DNA of 64,000 bases, from assembly GCA_963666735.1 (NCBI GenBank), contig OY762926.1:2784001-2848000 (forward strand), given 5' to 3'. Positions within the stretch are counted from its first letter, which is position 1. Each line of letters opens with the position of its first letter. The stretch is from Gemmatimonadota bacterium (lineage in GTDB: Bacteria; Gemmatimonadota; Gemmatimonadetes; Palauibacterales; Palauibacteraceae). This document shows, piece after piece, positions 39,239 to 49,907 of the stretch. Both the position numbers and the translations under genes were made by a program. Below the pieces are notes generated by a model. That model worked only from the letters and a program-made list of their open reading frames with translations. It ran no database searches and was not told where the DNA came from.

Positions 39239-41683
39239 ATGAAGAAGTTCGTGATCGCGGGTCTGGGTACGGCGGTGCTGTATCTTGCCGTAACGGGCAA
39301 GGATGCGCCGCTTGGCGCGCCCTCGCACGCCCTTGCGGTCGCCCCCGCCCCGGACACCGTCGCCAACTCGGTCATCCAGACGGTGTGTACCCGCTGCCAC
39401 AACGACTCGCGCAGGGCGGGCAACCGCTCCTTCCTCGAGTTCGACGCCGCCGAGCCGCAAGCCGACCCCGAGACCGCCGAGCAGATGATCCGGAAGCTTC
39501 GCGCCGGCATGATGCCGCCGCCCGGCATCCGGCGTCCGGAAGAGGCGACCCTGACGGCGGTGGTCGAGGAACTCGAGACGCGCATGGACGCGGCGGCGCG
39601 CGCGAACCCGAACCCCGGGACGCGGACCTTCCAGCGCCTCAACCGGGCGGAGTACCGCCGCGCGGTCCGGGACCTGCTCGACCTGGACGTCGACATGGAG
39701 GCGTTTCTCCCGACGGAAACGCTGAGCGACAACTTCGACAACATCGCCGACGTCCAGATGATGTCCGCCACGTTGATGGAGGGCTATCTGCGCGCGGCGA
39801 GCGAGATCAGCCGCATGGCGACCGGCGATCCGGACGCGGGCCCGCGGCAGGTCACCTACAAGGTGCCCAAGACGGCGTCGCAGGCGGTCCGGGCGGAGGG
39901 CGCGCCCTTCGGCACGCGGGGCGGGATCTCCGTCATCCACGTCTTCCCCGCGGACGGGGAGTACGTGTTCAAGATGGACATGCACCCCGGCCCGACGGGG
40001 TTCCTGTACGGCATGACCGCTCCCGATGAGAAGATTGAGGTCTCGATCGGCGGGGCGCGCGTCGCGCTGCTCGAGATCGACCCGTTCATGTCGGAGTCGG
40101 ACCCGCAGGGGATGGTGATCGAGACCGAGCCCATCCATGTGCGGGCGGGTCCGCAGCGGGTCACGGCGGCTTTCCTCCTCAACGCCGAGGGGCCGGACAA
40201 CGACCTCATCAAGCCGATCGACTACAAGCTGGCCGACTCGAACATCGGCAGCGCCTACGGCGTGACGACGCTCCCGCACCTGCGCGACTTCCTCGTCACG
40301 GGGCCGTTCGCGGTCACCGGCATCTCGGAGACGCCGAGCCGCAAGCGGATCTTCTCGTGCCGGCCCACGGCACCCGAGGAGGAGCGGCCCTGCGCCCGGC
40401 AGATCATCGGGACGCTGGCGGCCAAGGCCTATCGCCGGCCGCTGGAGACCGACGATGTCGAAGACCTTCTGGTGTTCTTCGACCTCGGCGTCGAGGAGGG
40501 CGGGTTCGAGATCGGGATCCGCACGGCGCTCCAGGCGATCCTCGCGAGCCCCCACTTCGTCTTCCGTCTCGAGGAGATGCCGGAGGACGTGGCGCCCGGG
40601 GAGATCTATCGTCTGAGCGACATCGATCTCGCGACCCGGCTCTCCTACTTCCTGTGGGGCACGCACCCGGACGACGAACTTGTGACGCTGGCCGATGCGG
40701 GCCGCCTCTCGGATCCGGCGGTGCTGGAGGCTCAGGCCCGCCGTATGCTCGGCGACCCCCGGGCGGAAGCCATGGCGACGCGCTTCGCCTACCAGTGGTT
40801 CCGCCTGCAGGATCTGGAGAAGATCCACCCCGACGCGCTGCTCTACCCGTACTGGGATCACCGGCTCGTCGAGGCGATGCTGGAGGAGACGCAACTTTTT
40901 TTCGAGCACCTCCTGCGCTCGGATGCGCCCTTCTTCGAAATGCTGACCGCGGACTACACGTTCGTGAACGAGCGGCTGGCGCGGCACTACGGGATCCCGG
41001 GCGTGACCGGGGAGGAGTTCCGCCGGGTCGCGATCCCGGACGAGGCGCGCCGCGGGCTGCTGGGCCACGGGAGCATCCTCACGCTGACCTCGCACGCGGA
41101 CCGAACCTCACCCGTCCTGCGCGGGAAGTGGGTGATGGAGGTCTTGCTCGGGACTCCGCCACCGCCGCCGCCGCCGGACGTGGCCGACCTCGAGGCGACG
41201 GACGAGGCGGAGGATGGACGCTTCCTCACGGTGCGCGAGCGGCTCGAGATGCACCGCTCCAATCCGGCCTGCCGGTCGTGCCACCGGGTGATCGACCCGA
41301 TCGGCCTCGCGCTGGAGAACTTCGACGTCACCGGGGCGTGGCGGATCAAGGACCAGGGCCGGACGGTGGACACGTCGGGCGAACTCTACGACGGGACGCC
41401 GATTCTGAGCGCCCCGGACCTGCGGGCCGCGCTGCTCGAACGCGAGGATTCGCTCGTCCGAACCTTCATCGAGAACCTCATGGCCTATGCCCTGGGCCGG
41501 CGGATCGAGTACTACGACATGTCCACCGTGCGGGAGATCGCGCGCGTGGCGGCAGCCGACGATTACCGTATGACGTCGTTCATCCTCGAGGTCGTGAAGA
41601 GCGCGCCCTTCCAGATGAGCGCCGCCGAGATGGTGGCCGAAGACGATATCGACGCGGGCGGCGGGTCGGGCGACGAGCACTGA
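39239..41683 (+). CDS. DUF1592/DUF1588-type (PSD-domain) protein with two CxxCH heme-binding motifs
   Basis: CTRCH, KLRAGMMPP, RLNR.EY, LATRLSYFLW..HPD, TSPVLRGKWV, PPPPP, CRSCH..IDP.G.ALENFD. Confidence 0.88.
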   Translation: MKKFVIAGLGTAVLYLAVTGKDAPLGAPSHALAVAPAPDTVANSVIQTVCTRCHNDSRRAGNRSFLEFDAAEPQADPETAEQMIRKLRAGMMPPPGIRRPEEATLTAVVEELETRMDAAARANPNPGTRTFQRLNRAEYRRAVRDLLDLDVDMEAFLPTETLSDNFDNIADVQMMSATLMEGYLRAASEISRMATGDPDAGPRQVTYKVPKTASQAVRAEGAPFGTRGGISVIHVFPADGEYVFKMDMHPGPTGFLYGMTAPDEKIEVSIGGARVALLEIDPFMSESDPQGMVIETEPIHVRAGPQRVTAAFLLNAEGPDNDLIKPIDYKLADSNIGSAYGVTTLPHLRDFLVTGPFAVTGISETPSRKRIFSCRPTAPEEERPCARQIIGTLAAKAYRRPLETDDVEDLLVFFDLGVEEGGFEIGIRTALQAILASPHFVFRLEEMPEDVAPGEIYRLSDIDLATRLSYFLWGTHPDDELVTLADAGRLSDPAVLEAQARRMLGDPRAEAMATRFAYQWFRLQDLEKIHPDALLYPYWDHRLVEAMLEETQLFFEHLLRSDAPFFEMLTADYTFVNERLARHYGIPGVTGEEFRRVAIPDEARRGLLGHGSILTLTSHADRTSPVLRGKWVMEVLLGTPPPPPPPDVADLEATDEAEDGRFLTVRERLEMHRSNPACRSCHRVIDPIGLALENFDVTGAWRIKDQGRTVDTSGELYDGTPILSAPDLRAALLEREDSLVRTFIENLMAYALGRRIEYYDMSTVREIARVAAADDYRMTSFILEVVKSAPFQMSAAEMVAEDDIDAGGGSGDEH

Positions 41684-41736
41684 CCGGAGCCCGCAGTCCC
41701 GGAACTGCTTGGGAGAACAAACCAGGAGGAGTGAGC

Positions 41737-43137
41737 ATGGAACTCATCACGGGTAAGCACATGTCCCGCCGCACGGCCTTGAAGGGCTTGGGTGCGACGG
41801 TGGCGCTGCCGTTCCTGGATGCGATGCTGCCGGCCGGCCGGCTGTGGGCCTCCACGAAGTCGCTCACGGACGTGAAGCGGTTCGTGGGCATCGAGATGGT
41901 GCACGGCGCCGCCGGCTGCAACGAATGGGGCGCGTCGCAGTTCATGTGGTCGCCCGATAAGGTGGGGCGCGACTTCGACCTCTCGCCGAGCAGCCTGAGC
42001 CCGCTCGAGCCGTGGCGCGACTACCTGACGATCATCTCGAACACGGACGTCGAGAACGCGGAGGCGAAGACGCCGAAGGAGATCGGCGGCGACCACTTCC
42101 GCTCCAGCGCCACCTTCCTCACGCAGGCGCACGCGAAACAGACCGAGGGCTCGGACGTGTTGGTCGGCACCTCGATGGACCAGTACTACGCGCAGCGCTT
42201 CGGGCAGGACACGCCGATCCCCTCCATGCAGCTCTGCATCGAGAACGTGGACCAGGCGGGCGGGTGCGCATACGGCTACGCCTGCGTGTACACGGACACG
42301 ATCAGCTGGGCGTCGCCGACGGAGCCGCTGCCCATGATCCGTGACCCGCGGGCCGCGTTCGACCAGTTGTTCGGGGCCGGCGGTACGTCGGAGGACCGGG
42401 CCGCGCGCCGGCGCACGGATCGGAGCATTCTCGACTGGATCATGGGCGAGGTGAGCGGCCTCAAGCGCGCTCTGGGCCCCACGGACCAGAGGCGGCTGGA
42501 CCAGTATCTCGACAATATCCGCGAGATCGAACGCCGCATCGAGCGCATCGAGGCGTATAACAGCAGCGGTGAGACGCGCGAGATCCCCGAGGCCCCGCCG
42601 GGCGTTCCGGATGACTTCGCCGAGCACGTCCATCTCATGTTCGACCTGCAGGCCCTGGCCTTCCAGTCGGACCTCACGCGGGTGTTCTCGTTCAAGCTGG
42701 GCCGCGACGGGTCGGGCCGCGTGTATCCGGGCAGCGGTGTGGACGCCGGCTTCCACCCGGCCTCGCACCACGGCGGCCGCGAAGAGCGCGTGCGGGAGTA
42801 CGAGAAGATTAACCGCTACCACGTGAGCATGATGCCGTACCTGCTCGAGAAGCTGGCCAGCATCGAGGAGCCGGACGGAAACCTGCTCGACAAGACCATG
42901 ATCCTGTACGGCTCGCCGATGGGCGATTCGAACCTGCACAACCACAAGCGTTGCCCACTGTTCGTGGTCGGGAAGGCCGGCGGCGAACTCGAGGGCAACA
43001 TGCACATCAAGGCGCCCGACGGGACGCCGATGGCGAACGTGATGCTGAGCCTGATGCACAAGCTCGGTCTGGAGGACATGGAGAGCTTCGGCGACAGCAC
43101 CGGAGACTTCTCGTTCTCGGCGGTCGCGCAGGACTGA
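41737..43137 (+). CDS. DUF1552 family protein with twin-Arg-like N-terminus
   Basis: MSRRTALKGLGATVALPFLDAM, GY.C.Y..TISW, AFQSDLTRV, H..SHH, SNLHNH. Confidence 0.88.
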   Translation: MELITGKHMSRRTALKGLGATVALPFLDAMLPAGRLWASTKSLTDVKRFVGIEMVHGAAGCNEWGASQFMWSPDKVGRDFDLSPSSLSPLEPWRDYLTIISNTDVENAEAKTPKEIGGDHFRSSATFLTQAHAKQTEGSDVLVGTSMDQYYAQRFGQDTPIPSMQLCIENVDQAGGCAYGYACVYTDTISWASPTEPLPMIRDPRAAFDQLFGAGGTSEDRAARRRTDRSILDWIMGEVSGLKRALGPTDQRRLDQYLDNIREIERRIERIEAYNSSGETREIPEAPPGVPDDFAEHVHLMFDLQALAFQSDLTRVFSFKLGRDGSGRVYPGSGVDAGFHPASHHGGREERVREYEKINRYHVSMMPYLLEKLASIEEPDGNLLDKTMILYGSPMGDSNLHNHKRCPLFVVGKAGGELEGNMHIKAPDGTPMANVMLSLMHKLGLEDMESFGDSTGDFSFSAVAQD

Positions 43138-43173
43138 GCCGCGAGACCGGGCGGAGGGTCGGAGGCAAGATCG

Positions 43174-45261
43174 ATGTTGAAGAGAATCGGCAAGGCCGGT
43201 CTTCGGGCGGCGGTCCTCGTCGCCCTCTGTGCGACCACGCTGTGGGCGGCCGCGGCAATGGACGCACCGGTCGCGGAAGCGGCGGCACGCGGAGACCTGG
43301 ATTCTGTGCGGACGCTCCTCCGCGATGGGGCGGACGTGAACGCGGCCCAGGGCGACGGCATGACCGCGCTCCACTGGGCGGCGCTTCGGGGCGACGCCGA
43401 GATGGTGTCCGTGCTCGTCTACGCCGGGGCCAACGTCGCCTCGACGACACGCCTGGGCGCCTACACCCCGCTTCACCTCGCGAGCCGGGACGGCCGGGCC
43501 GAGGCGGTCACCCTCCTCATCGAGGCCGGCAGCGACCCTGACGCGGCGACGACGACCGGCGTTACGCCCCTGCACTTCGCTGCGGCGGGGGGGGACGTGC
43601 CGACCCTCACGAGCGTGCTCGAGGCAGGGGTCGAGGTCGACGCGCGAGAGAACTCCAACGGGCAGACGCCGCTCATCTTCGCAGCTGCCGCCGGACGTCT
43701 CGACGCGGTGCAAGCATTGATCGCGCACGGCGCGGACGTGTCGATCGCCTCGCGCGTGCTGGATTTCGTCGAGAAGGCACGCACGGACAGCGAGGCCCGG
43801 GGCCGGCGGCGGGAAGTGCTCACGGCGATTCGGAAGGCCGAAGCCGAGGCTCGCGGCGAAACCGCCGAGGTCGGGATCACGCGCACAGACACGCCGTCCG
43901 GTCAGGAACCGACCCGGCGCGAAGCCGCCGACCGGGCGGCTCGGGACCAGACGGGCACGGCTCCCGCGACGCAGGGCGCCGGCGCGACCCCCGGCCAGGA
44001 GCCCGCGGCCGCCGCGCCCGAGGAGACGCCGGCCGAGGAGCCCGAGAACGCCCGGGGCGAAGATCCCCCGGAGGGCGAGGATCCTCCCGAGGTTGAAGAA
44101 GAGGCCGAAGAGAGCGAAGAAGCGGAGGAGCCCGCCGAAGCCGCCGCGGAAGAAGAAGCCGCTGAGCAGGACGAGGCCGTCGAGGACGAGGCAGCCACCG
44201 AAGAAGTGGAAGCTGCCGAAGAGCCGGCGGAAGAAGAGACGAAGCCTGCGCCGCAGCCGCTGAGCTACTCGGATATCGTCGGCAAGCAGGGCGGCATGAC
44301 CGCGCTCCATTTCGCGGTTCGCGAAGGCCATTTCGAGACCGTCAAGGCCCTCCACGCGGCGGGCGCGGACATCGATGGGAGGACGGGGGGGGACGAGAGC
44401 ACGCCGCTCGTCGTCGCCACCGTGAACGGACACTACGACCTCGCGGCGTGGCTGCTCGAGCAGGGAGCGGACCCGAACCTCGCCAGCGAGGACGGCGTGG
44501 CGCCCCTCTACGCGACGGTCGCCAACCGTTGGGCTCCGAAGGCGCTCTATCCGCAGCCCACCGCGTTCCGCCAGCAGGAACTCGACTACATGGAGCTGAT
44601 GGAGATGCTCCTCGCCGCCGGGGCGGATCCCAACGCGCGCGTGAACACGCACATCTGGTATTCCGCCTACAACTTCGACCTGCTGGGCGTGAACTTCAGC
44701 GGTGCGACGCCCTTCTGGCGAGCCGCGAAGGCGCTCGACATCCCCGCCATGGAGATGCTCGTGGCCGCCGGGGCCGACCCGCACATGCCGACCCGGAAGC
44801 CGCCCGAGCGCCGCCGTCGCCGGCCCGCCGACGACGATGAGGAAGGGGAGGAGGATCCCAGCGGACTGCCGCCCGTCGAGGTCGGGGGTCCGGGCATCCC
44901 GCCGCTCGTGGCTGCCGCCGGTTACGGCTACGGACGCTCACGCACGGGCAACCAGCACCGGCATCGACCCGATGAATGGATGACCACGGCCAGATACCTC
45001 GTCGAGGAGCTGGGCGCTGACGTCAACGGCCGCGACTCGGACGGGTTCGGCGCGCTCCATTACGCCGCGGCGCGCGGCGACAACGAGCTCATCGAATACC
45101 TCGTCGGCAAGGGCGCCGATCCGCTGATCGTGGCCCGCAGCGGCCAGACGACGGTCGACATGGCGAACGGCCCGATCCAGCGCGTGCAGCCGTTCTTCGA
45201 GACGATCGCCCTCCTCGAAGGCATGGGCGCGAAGAACAACCACAACTGCCTCAGCTGCTGA
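43174..45261 (+). CDS. Exported ankyrin-repeat protein with a long acidic insert
   Basis: Signal peptide, repeated G.T(A/P)LH.AA...GAD(V/P)N; C-terminus HNCLSC. Confidence 0.9.
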   Translation: MLKRIGKAGLRAAVLVALCATTLWAAAAMDAPVAEAAARGDLDSVRTLLRDGADVNAAQGDGMTALHWAALRGDAEMVSVLVYAGANVASTTRLGAYTPLHLASRDGRAEAVTLLIEAGSDPDAATTTGVTPLHFAAAGGDVPTLTSVLEAGVEVDARENSNGQTPLIFAAAAGRLDAVQALIAHGADVSIASRVLDFVEKARTDSEARGRRREVLTAIRKAEAEARGETAEVGITRTDTPSGQEPTRREAADRAARDQTGTAPATQGAGATPGQEPAAAAPEETPAEEPENARGEDPPEGEDPPEVEEEAEESEEAEEPAEAAAEEEAAEQDEAVEDEAATEEVEAAEEPAEEETKPAPQPLSYSDIVGKQGGMTALHFAVREGHFETVKALHAAGADIDGRTGGDESTPLVVATVNGHYDLAAWLLEQGADPNLASEDGVAPLYATVANRWAPKALYPQPTAFRQQELDYMELMEMLLAAGADPNARVNTHIWYSAYNFDLLGVNFSGATPFWRAAKALDIPAMEMLVAAGADPHMPTRKPPERRRRRPADDDEEGEEDPSGLPPVEVGGPGIPPLVAAAGYGYGRSRTGNQHRHRPDEWMTTARYLVEELGADVNGRDSDGFGALHYAAARGDNELIEYLVGKGADPLIVARSGQTTVDMANGPIQRVQPFFETIALLEGMGAKNNHNCLSC

Positions 45262-45351
45262 GTCCGAACAGCTCCGTCAGTCGTCGTTGGTCCGATACGG
45301 AGCGTTCGTCCGTTCGAGCACGGCGTCGACGATCCAGGAGTTGATGCTCAT

Positions 45352-45712
45352 TCCACCAGGCGCCGGTCGATCTCCCGCGCCAGCGAAAGCTTCGCCACCA
45401 GGCGCCGCACGGCGCCGATGCCCCCGAAGCTCATCGCGCTCGTCCGCGCCCCGATCTCGTAGTGGACCGCGCCCGCCGAGAACACGGGCTTCGCCCGCGC
45501 CCGCCGGCGTCCCGCCCTGCAGTGCCGCGCCCGAACCTGCCGCTTCCGCCGGGCACTGTTCCTCCTGCTCTTGCGATGCGATATTTTCTTCACCGAAAGG
45601 CCTCCTGGTTGGGACCGGGCGTCCACCGTCCGAATCCTCTATCGACAATCAGGATAGGCCTTTCCGGTATTTTTTAACAGGGGTCCGCGCTTGGATCGCG
45701 CTTGTCTTAGGG
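45352..45712 (-). mobile_element. IS1380-family left end and transposase N-terminal remnant
   Basis: KPVFS...HYEI..R..A..FGGIGA...LV.KL.L...ID..L is typical of IS1380 transposase starts; terminal CCCTAAGACAAGCG; leader hairpin ACCGAAAGGCCT...AGGCCTTTCCGGT. Confidence 0.65.
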
Positions 45713-46625
45713 CTAGTGTAGCGTCGCTAAAGTGGCGTTGGCACGACTCACCTTCGCCAGGATGTCCTCGACGGCGGCCGTCCACTTGTACGGCGCCGGA
45801 TCGCGGTTCCGGTCGTCGACCACCTTCCCGTGCTTGTGCGTCGAGTGGTTGTCGAGGATGACGTGAAGATCGAGCGCCGGATCGACCCGCTTCTCCACCT
45901 CGGCCATGAAGCGGAGAAACTCCCGGTGCCGGTGGCGGGGCACGCACTTGTGGATCACCTCTCCGGTGGCCACGTGCAACGCCGCGAACAGGGTCGTCGT
46001 CCCGTGGCGCTTGTAGTCGTGCGTCATCGTGCCGCAGCGGCCCTTCTTCCACGGAAGCCCCGGCTGCGTGCGGTCGAGCGCCTGGATCCGGCTCTTCTCG
46101 TCGAAGGCGAACACGACCGCCCGCTCCGGCGGGTCCACGTACAGCCCCACCACGTCCCGGAGCTTCTCCACGAACTTCGGGTCGGCCGAGAGCTTGAAGG
46201 TCCGCGTGAGGTGCGGCTTCAGCCCGTGCGCCCGCCAGATCCGCGCCACCTGGCTGTGGTGGAGCCCCGCCGCCTCCGCCATGAGCCGCGTGCTCCAGTG
46301 CGTCCCTCTCCGAGGCTTCTCCTCGAGCGTCAGGCGCACCACCTCCGCCTCCGCCCCGGGCGTGACGCTCGTTCTCGGACGGCCGGAGCGGGGCCGGTCC
46401 TCGAGCCCCGCGAGGCCCTCGGCCTCATACCGGTCCAGCCAGCGCTTGACATAAACGTGGAGGGCGTGCCATCTCCCACTCGTGTCTGAGATACGAATCC
46501 GGTTGCGGCCCGGGGATCGCGAGGAGCTCGAACGGTGGGTTCGGGCCCGGAAGACCCTGCGGCGGCGCGTCGAGCGCGCCAGGATCGTCCTCGGCTCGGT
46601 CGATGGTCTCTCGGCCCGGGCGTTG
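45713..46625 (-). mobile_element. IS630-family transposase pseudogene (internal deletion; 5' segment on the opposite strand)
   Basis: RWLDRY..EG..GLEDRPRSGRP, THWSTR, FDEKS.IQAL.R, THDYKRHGTTTLFAAL, ILDN.STHK; region carrying the catalytic E is missing. Confidence 0.85.
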
Positions 46626-46658
46626 CGCCTCCGGGTGCCACCTGCGGTGACGCTCCCC

Positions 46659-47810
46659 GTGAGAGGACTTCTATCGCCCTTGCTAGTCGGGCTCGTTTTT
46701 GCCGGCTTCGGGAGTGGAGCGTCTGCGGCACAACGGTCCGAAGATGTTGTGATCCCGGACGATCCGTCGCCGCCCTACATCATTGACATGCAACCGGGTC
46801 CGATACTCGAGGGCGGCACTTTGGACGAAGACGACTGGGTGTCGAGTTTCGGTGGTATGGAGGTTCTGGCCGATGGCCGGTTCCTCCTCTGGGAGCTGAT
46901 CGCCGACCGTTTCCTCGTCGCGTCCCCGGATCTCCCGGATCGCCGCTGGATCGGACGGGAGGGAGAGGGGCCGGGCGAGTACAGGGGGGTTCGATGGGTT
47001 CGCTCACACGGCAATCGACTTCACGTTTTTGACGTTCACAACCTGCGTCGTACCGTGCTAGACGCGGAGAGCTTCGAAACACTCCACACCAACTCTCTCG
47101 GACTGTACGGAAACTACTGTTGTGACGCGGCCGTGCTTGACGACTCATCGTACGTGATCAGTGCGATGAGCTACTTGCCGGAGCGCGTCGGGTACGCCCT
47201 CCACCGTTTCGACGGGGACGGCACCGTGGGGGTCTCCTTCGATGAGGTGTCGGTCGGAACGGTACCGGCGGACCAAAGCTATCGGTGGTTGGATCCGGCG
47301 TCGCGCAGTGGGCACGTTTGGTCCGCCTCATTCTACGAGTACAGAATCGACCTCTGGGATGCGGTCGAGGGGAAGCGGAGCCGCTCGGTGACTAGAGAGG
47401 CGGAATGGGTGCTCCCCCGGCACGTTCGGGAGACGTGGGAAGCGGGCAAGCCCGGATTGCTGATGGTCACGGGTGTGGCGGAAGATCCGCAGGGCCGGCT
47501 GTGGGTGATCCTCCGGGTGCCGACGCAGTCGCCCCCACCGGCCGCTTGCTTCGAGCTCGTGTCCAACCAGGCACGCGAGGGTCCCACGTACACGACTCGC
47601 GAAGCCTGCAAACCGCTGTATTACACGAGGGTCGAGGTGCTCGACCCCTGGGCCGGTCGCGTCCTCGCCGCCTGGAACGCCCCTGCAGAACTCTCCCGGG
47701 ATTTGGTGCCCTCGGGAGTCATGGATGATGGCACCCTATACTCACTGGGACGGACTACCCTCGGGTTCCCAACTGTCAGACTGTGGAACTCAACCCTCAA
47801 GCCGAGGTAA
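46659..47810 (+). CDS. Exported 6-bladed beta-propeller-like protein
   Basis: Signal peptide from GTG 46659; IGREGEGPGEY motif; beta-rich repeats; atypical codon usage. Confidence 0.7.
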   Translation: MRGLLSPLLVGLVFAGFGSGASAAQRSEDVVIPDDPSPPYIIDMQPGPILEGGTLDEDDWVSSFGGMEVLADGRFLLWELIADRFLVASPDLPDRRWIGREGEGPGEYRGVRWVRSHGNRLHVFDVHNLRRTVLDAESFETLHTNSLGLYGNYCCDAAVLDDSSYVISAMSYLPERVGYALHRFDGDGTVGVSFDEVSVGTVPADQSYRWLDPASRSGHVWSASFYEYRIDLWDAVEGKRSRSVTREAEWVLPRHVRETWEAGKPGLLMVTGVAEDPQGRLWVILRVPTQSPPPAACFELVSNQAREGPTYTTREACKPLYYTRVEVLDPWAGRVLAAWNAPAELSRDLVPSGVMDDGTLYSLGRTTLGFPTVRLWNSTLKPR

Positions 47811-47829
47811 ACACCTCACGGAGGTCAGA

Positions 47830-48387
47830 ATGCGACACGTTAGACGGCTTGGTGCCGTGTTGTTGCTGGTCCTTTGCGCCACCGAGACGCTGGTTGCGCA
47901 ACAAGACGACAATTGTGTGGACTGTACAAACTACTGGGTTGAAGAGTGGAAAGATGAGGATCAAGCGGGCTGGGGACATACGGCAGCTGACGCACGTCAT
48001 GACTACGCAGGCTATTCCCGCGGAGGCGGAACCCACCCCACCGTGGTCTATCCCTTCACGTGCTCGGCGAACCACGCGCCCCCATGCCGCGAGGGCGGTG
48101 CGGATCCTGGTCCGTTATACGATGACGATTTCGACTACCTCCTGGATAGTACACTCGCGAGTATCAAAGGGAAACTCCGTGATGGTGACGCGATTGCAGC
48201 GCTTCGCATAGTTCTCGACCAACCCGCCGGTTCGCCGATCCGTGTCGCGCCCGAGAGAGCTGCCATCCAGGTGCGGGCGTGCGACGAACGATACATTGCT
48301 GTACATATCCCAATAGAGCATCTAGCGACACCGGAGGACCTCGCGGCTGTCGCAGCGGTGTTGGAGGGATCGCGCGCGGGACCGTGA
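47830..48387 (+). CDS. Small secreted Cys/His-rich hypothetical protein
   Basis: SD GGAGG; signal peptide; CVDC...H...H...H...C...H...C; C-terminal RAAIQVRAC...VHIPI. Confidence 0.7.
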   Translation: MRHVRRLGAVLLLVLCATETLVAQQDDNCVDCTNYWVEEWKDEDQAGWGHTAADARHDYAGYSRGGGTHPTVVYPFTCSANHAPPCREGGADPGPLYDDDFDYLLDSTLASIKGKLRDGDAIAALRIVLDQPAGSPIRVAPERAAIQVRACDERYIAVHIPIEHLATPEDLAAVAAVLEGSRAGP

Positions 48388-49907
48388 CAACAGGCTGCCT
48401 GAGAGCCTTCTTGTGGACGCAACGGGCGCGGCTTGACCCCGGATCCTGCATTTGTGGATAGTCGGACGACCGGGGCCGGGATTATGGTCGGCGGGCATGG
48501 GAGGTGATCCTGGCCGGGGCGCGCAGCAGGCGCAGCCGGATGCCGCGCGGCTGTACGACCCGCCACCGACGGCCGAGGCAGTTCGCACGCAGGATGTGGA
48601 GGAGCTGGTAGGCGAGCGCGGCGAGGCTCGACGGGAGGGCGTTGCCGCCGAGATCGTCCACTGCGGTGCGCCCGGCCGAGAGCTGGCCCAGCTCCTCGAT
48701 CCGCTGTTCGACCACCGCACCGCGCCCGCGTTGTAGGCGCGCCACGCCTCGACGGGCCCGATGTCCTCGATGTTGGTCAGAACGTCGGCGCTCGTCGTGG
48801 TCTCCCACGCCGCGAGACCGAGTTCCCCCTCGTCCGGCCCGATCCGTCTCCGCCGCTCGACCGAGAGGAGCCGCCTCCCCCACAGCTCGCCGGAGGTGGT
48901 CCTCAACTCCCGGTCCCCGGCCCCGTCGGCGGCGGCCGTCTCCCAAGCGCCCCGGTAGCCGCCGAGCCAGCCGTACCGCGGCACGTTGAGCAGATAGGAG
49001 ACGCCGAGCGACTCCAGGCACCGCGCGGTGGACTTCGAGAAGAACCCCTTGTCCAGCCGCACGGTGATGTCCCGCACCCCCGCCTCCCTCAGGCGGGCCA
49101 CCAACTTGGTCAGCCACGCCTCCGCCCCCCGGGCCGTGTGCGCGCTGCCCGCCCGCGGTGCGTATTCCGACGATGCCGACCACCGATTCCGACAAGCCGA
49201 TCGGTGATTCCGGCGCATGCCGATCACCTTGGAGGAGCGGCGGTCCATAGCGGGGCCGGGGTGTCGGGGTCGAGGGTTGGAGTCTACCGGCTTGTACCGG
49301 TCTTCGTCGAGTCGTAGAGCCTCCTCGTGGAAGCGCCCTTGAGGGTGATCTTGTGGGCGTTGTTGAGGAGGCGGTCGAGGATGGCGTCGCCGAAGGTGGG
49401 ATCGCCGACGACATCGTGCCAGTGTTCGACCGGCACCTGGCTGGCGAGGAGCGTGCCGCGCCGTGCGTAGCGGTCGCAGAAGCGGCTGTACCCGTAGCCG
49501 TCCGGGTGCACCGTCCGGTACTCCAGCCACAACAGCCTCAGCGTGACGCCCTTGTGGCGCTGAAGCTCCCGGTGCGCCCGGTCCCAGTCCGGTTCGGGAC
49601 GGGGACCCCGCGAGGGTGGAAGCGGTGGAAACAGCGCCGCCTCCAAGGCGTCGTCGTCCAGCCCCTCGGGCAGCGGCCACGAGAGCCCGGCCGCCCTCGC
49701 CCGGCCCGCGTAATCGCTCACCGTGCTGTTGGCGACGCCGAGTGAGGCGGCGGTCTCGCGGTGGCTGCGCCCGAGTTCGTACTTCAGGCGCATCAGTTCT
49801 CTGATCTTGCGCATGGACAACCTCTTCTGCGACACCTCTCCCTCCTCGTCTCGGGGACCTCGTCGAGAAGGGAAGAGGGGGGCGCTACAGCAGGTTCTCC
49901 AGCACCG

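Noticed and set aside
45277..45351. Short tail MSINSWIVDAVLERT resembling a HicB/RHH C-terminus
   Set aside because: Only ~24 codons truncated by the IS1380 remnant; not enough to assign.
49159..49230. Repeated GATTCCG...GCCGA(T/C)C units resembling a mini CRISPR array
   Set aside because: These are the multiple terminal repeats typical of IS21 ends; there are no unique spacers or cas genes.
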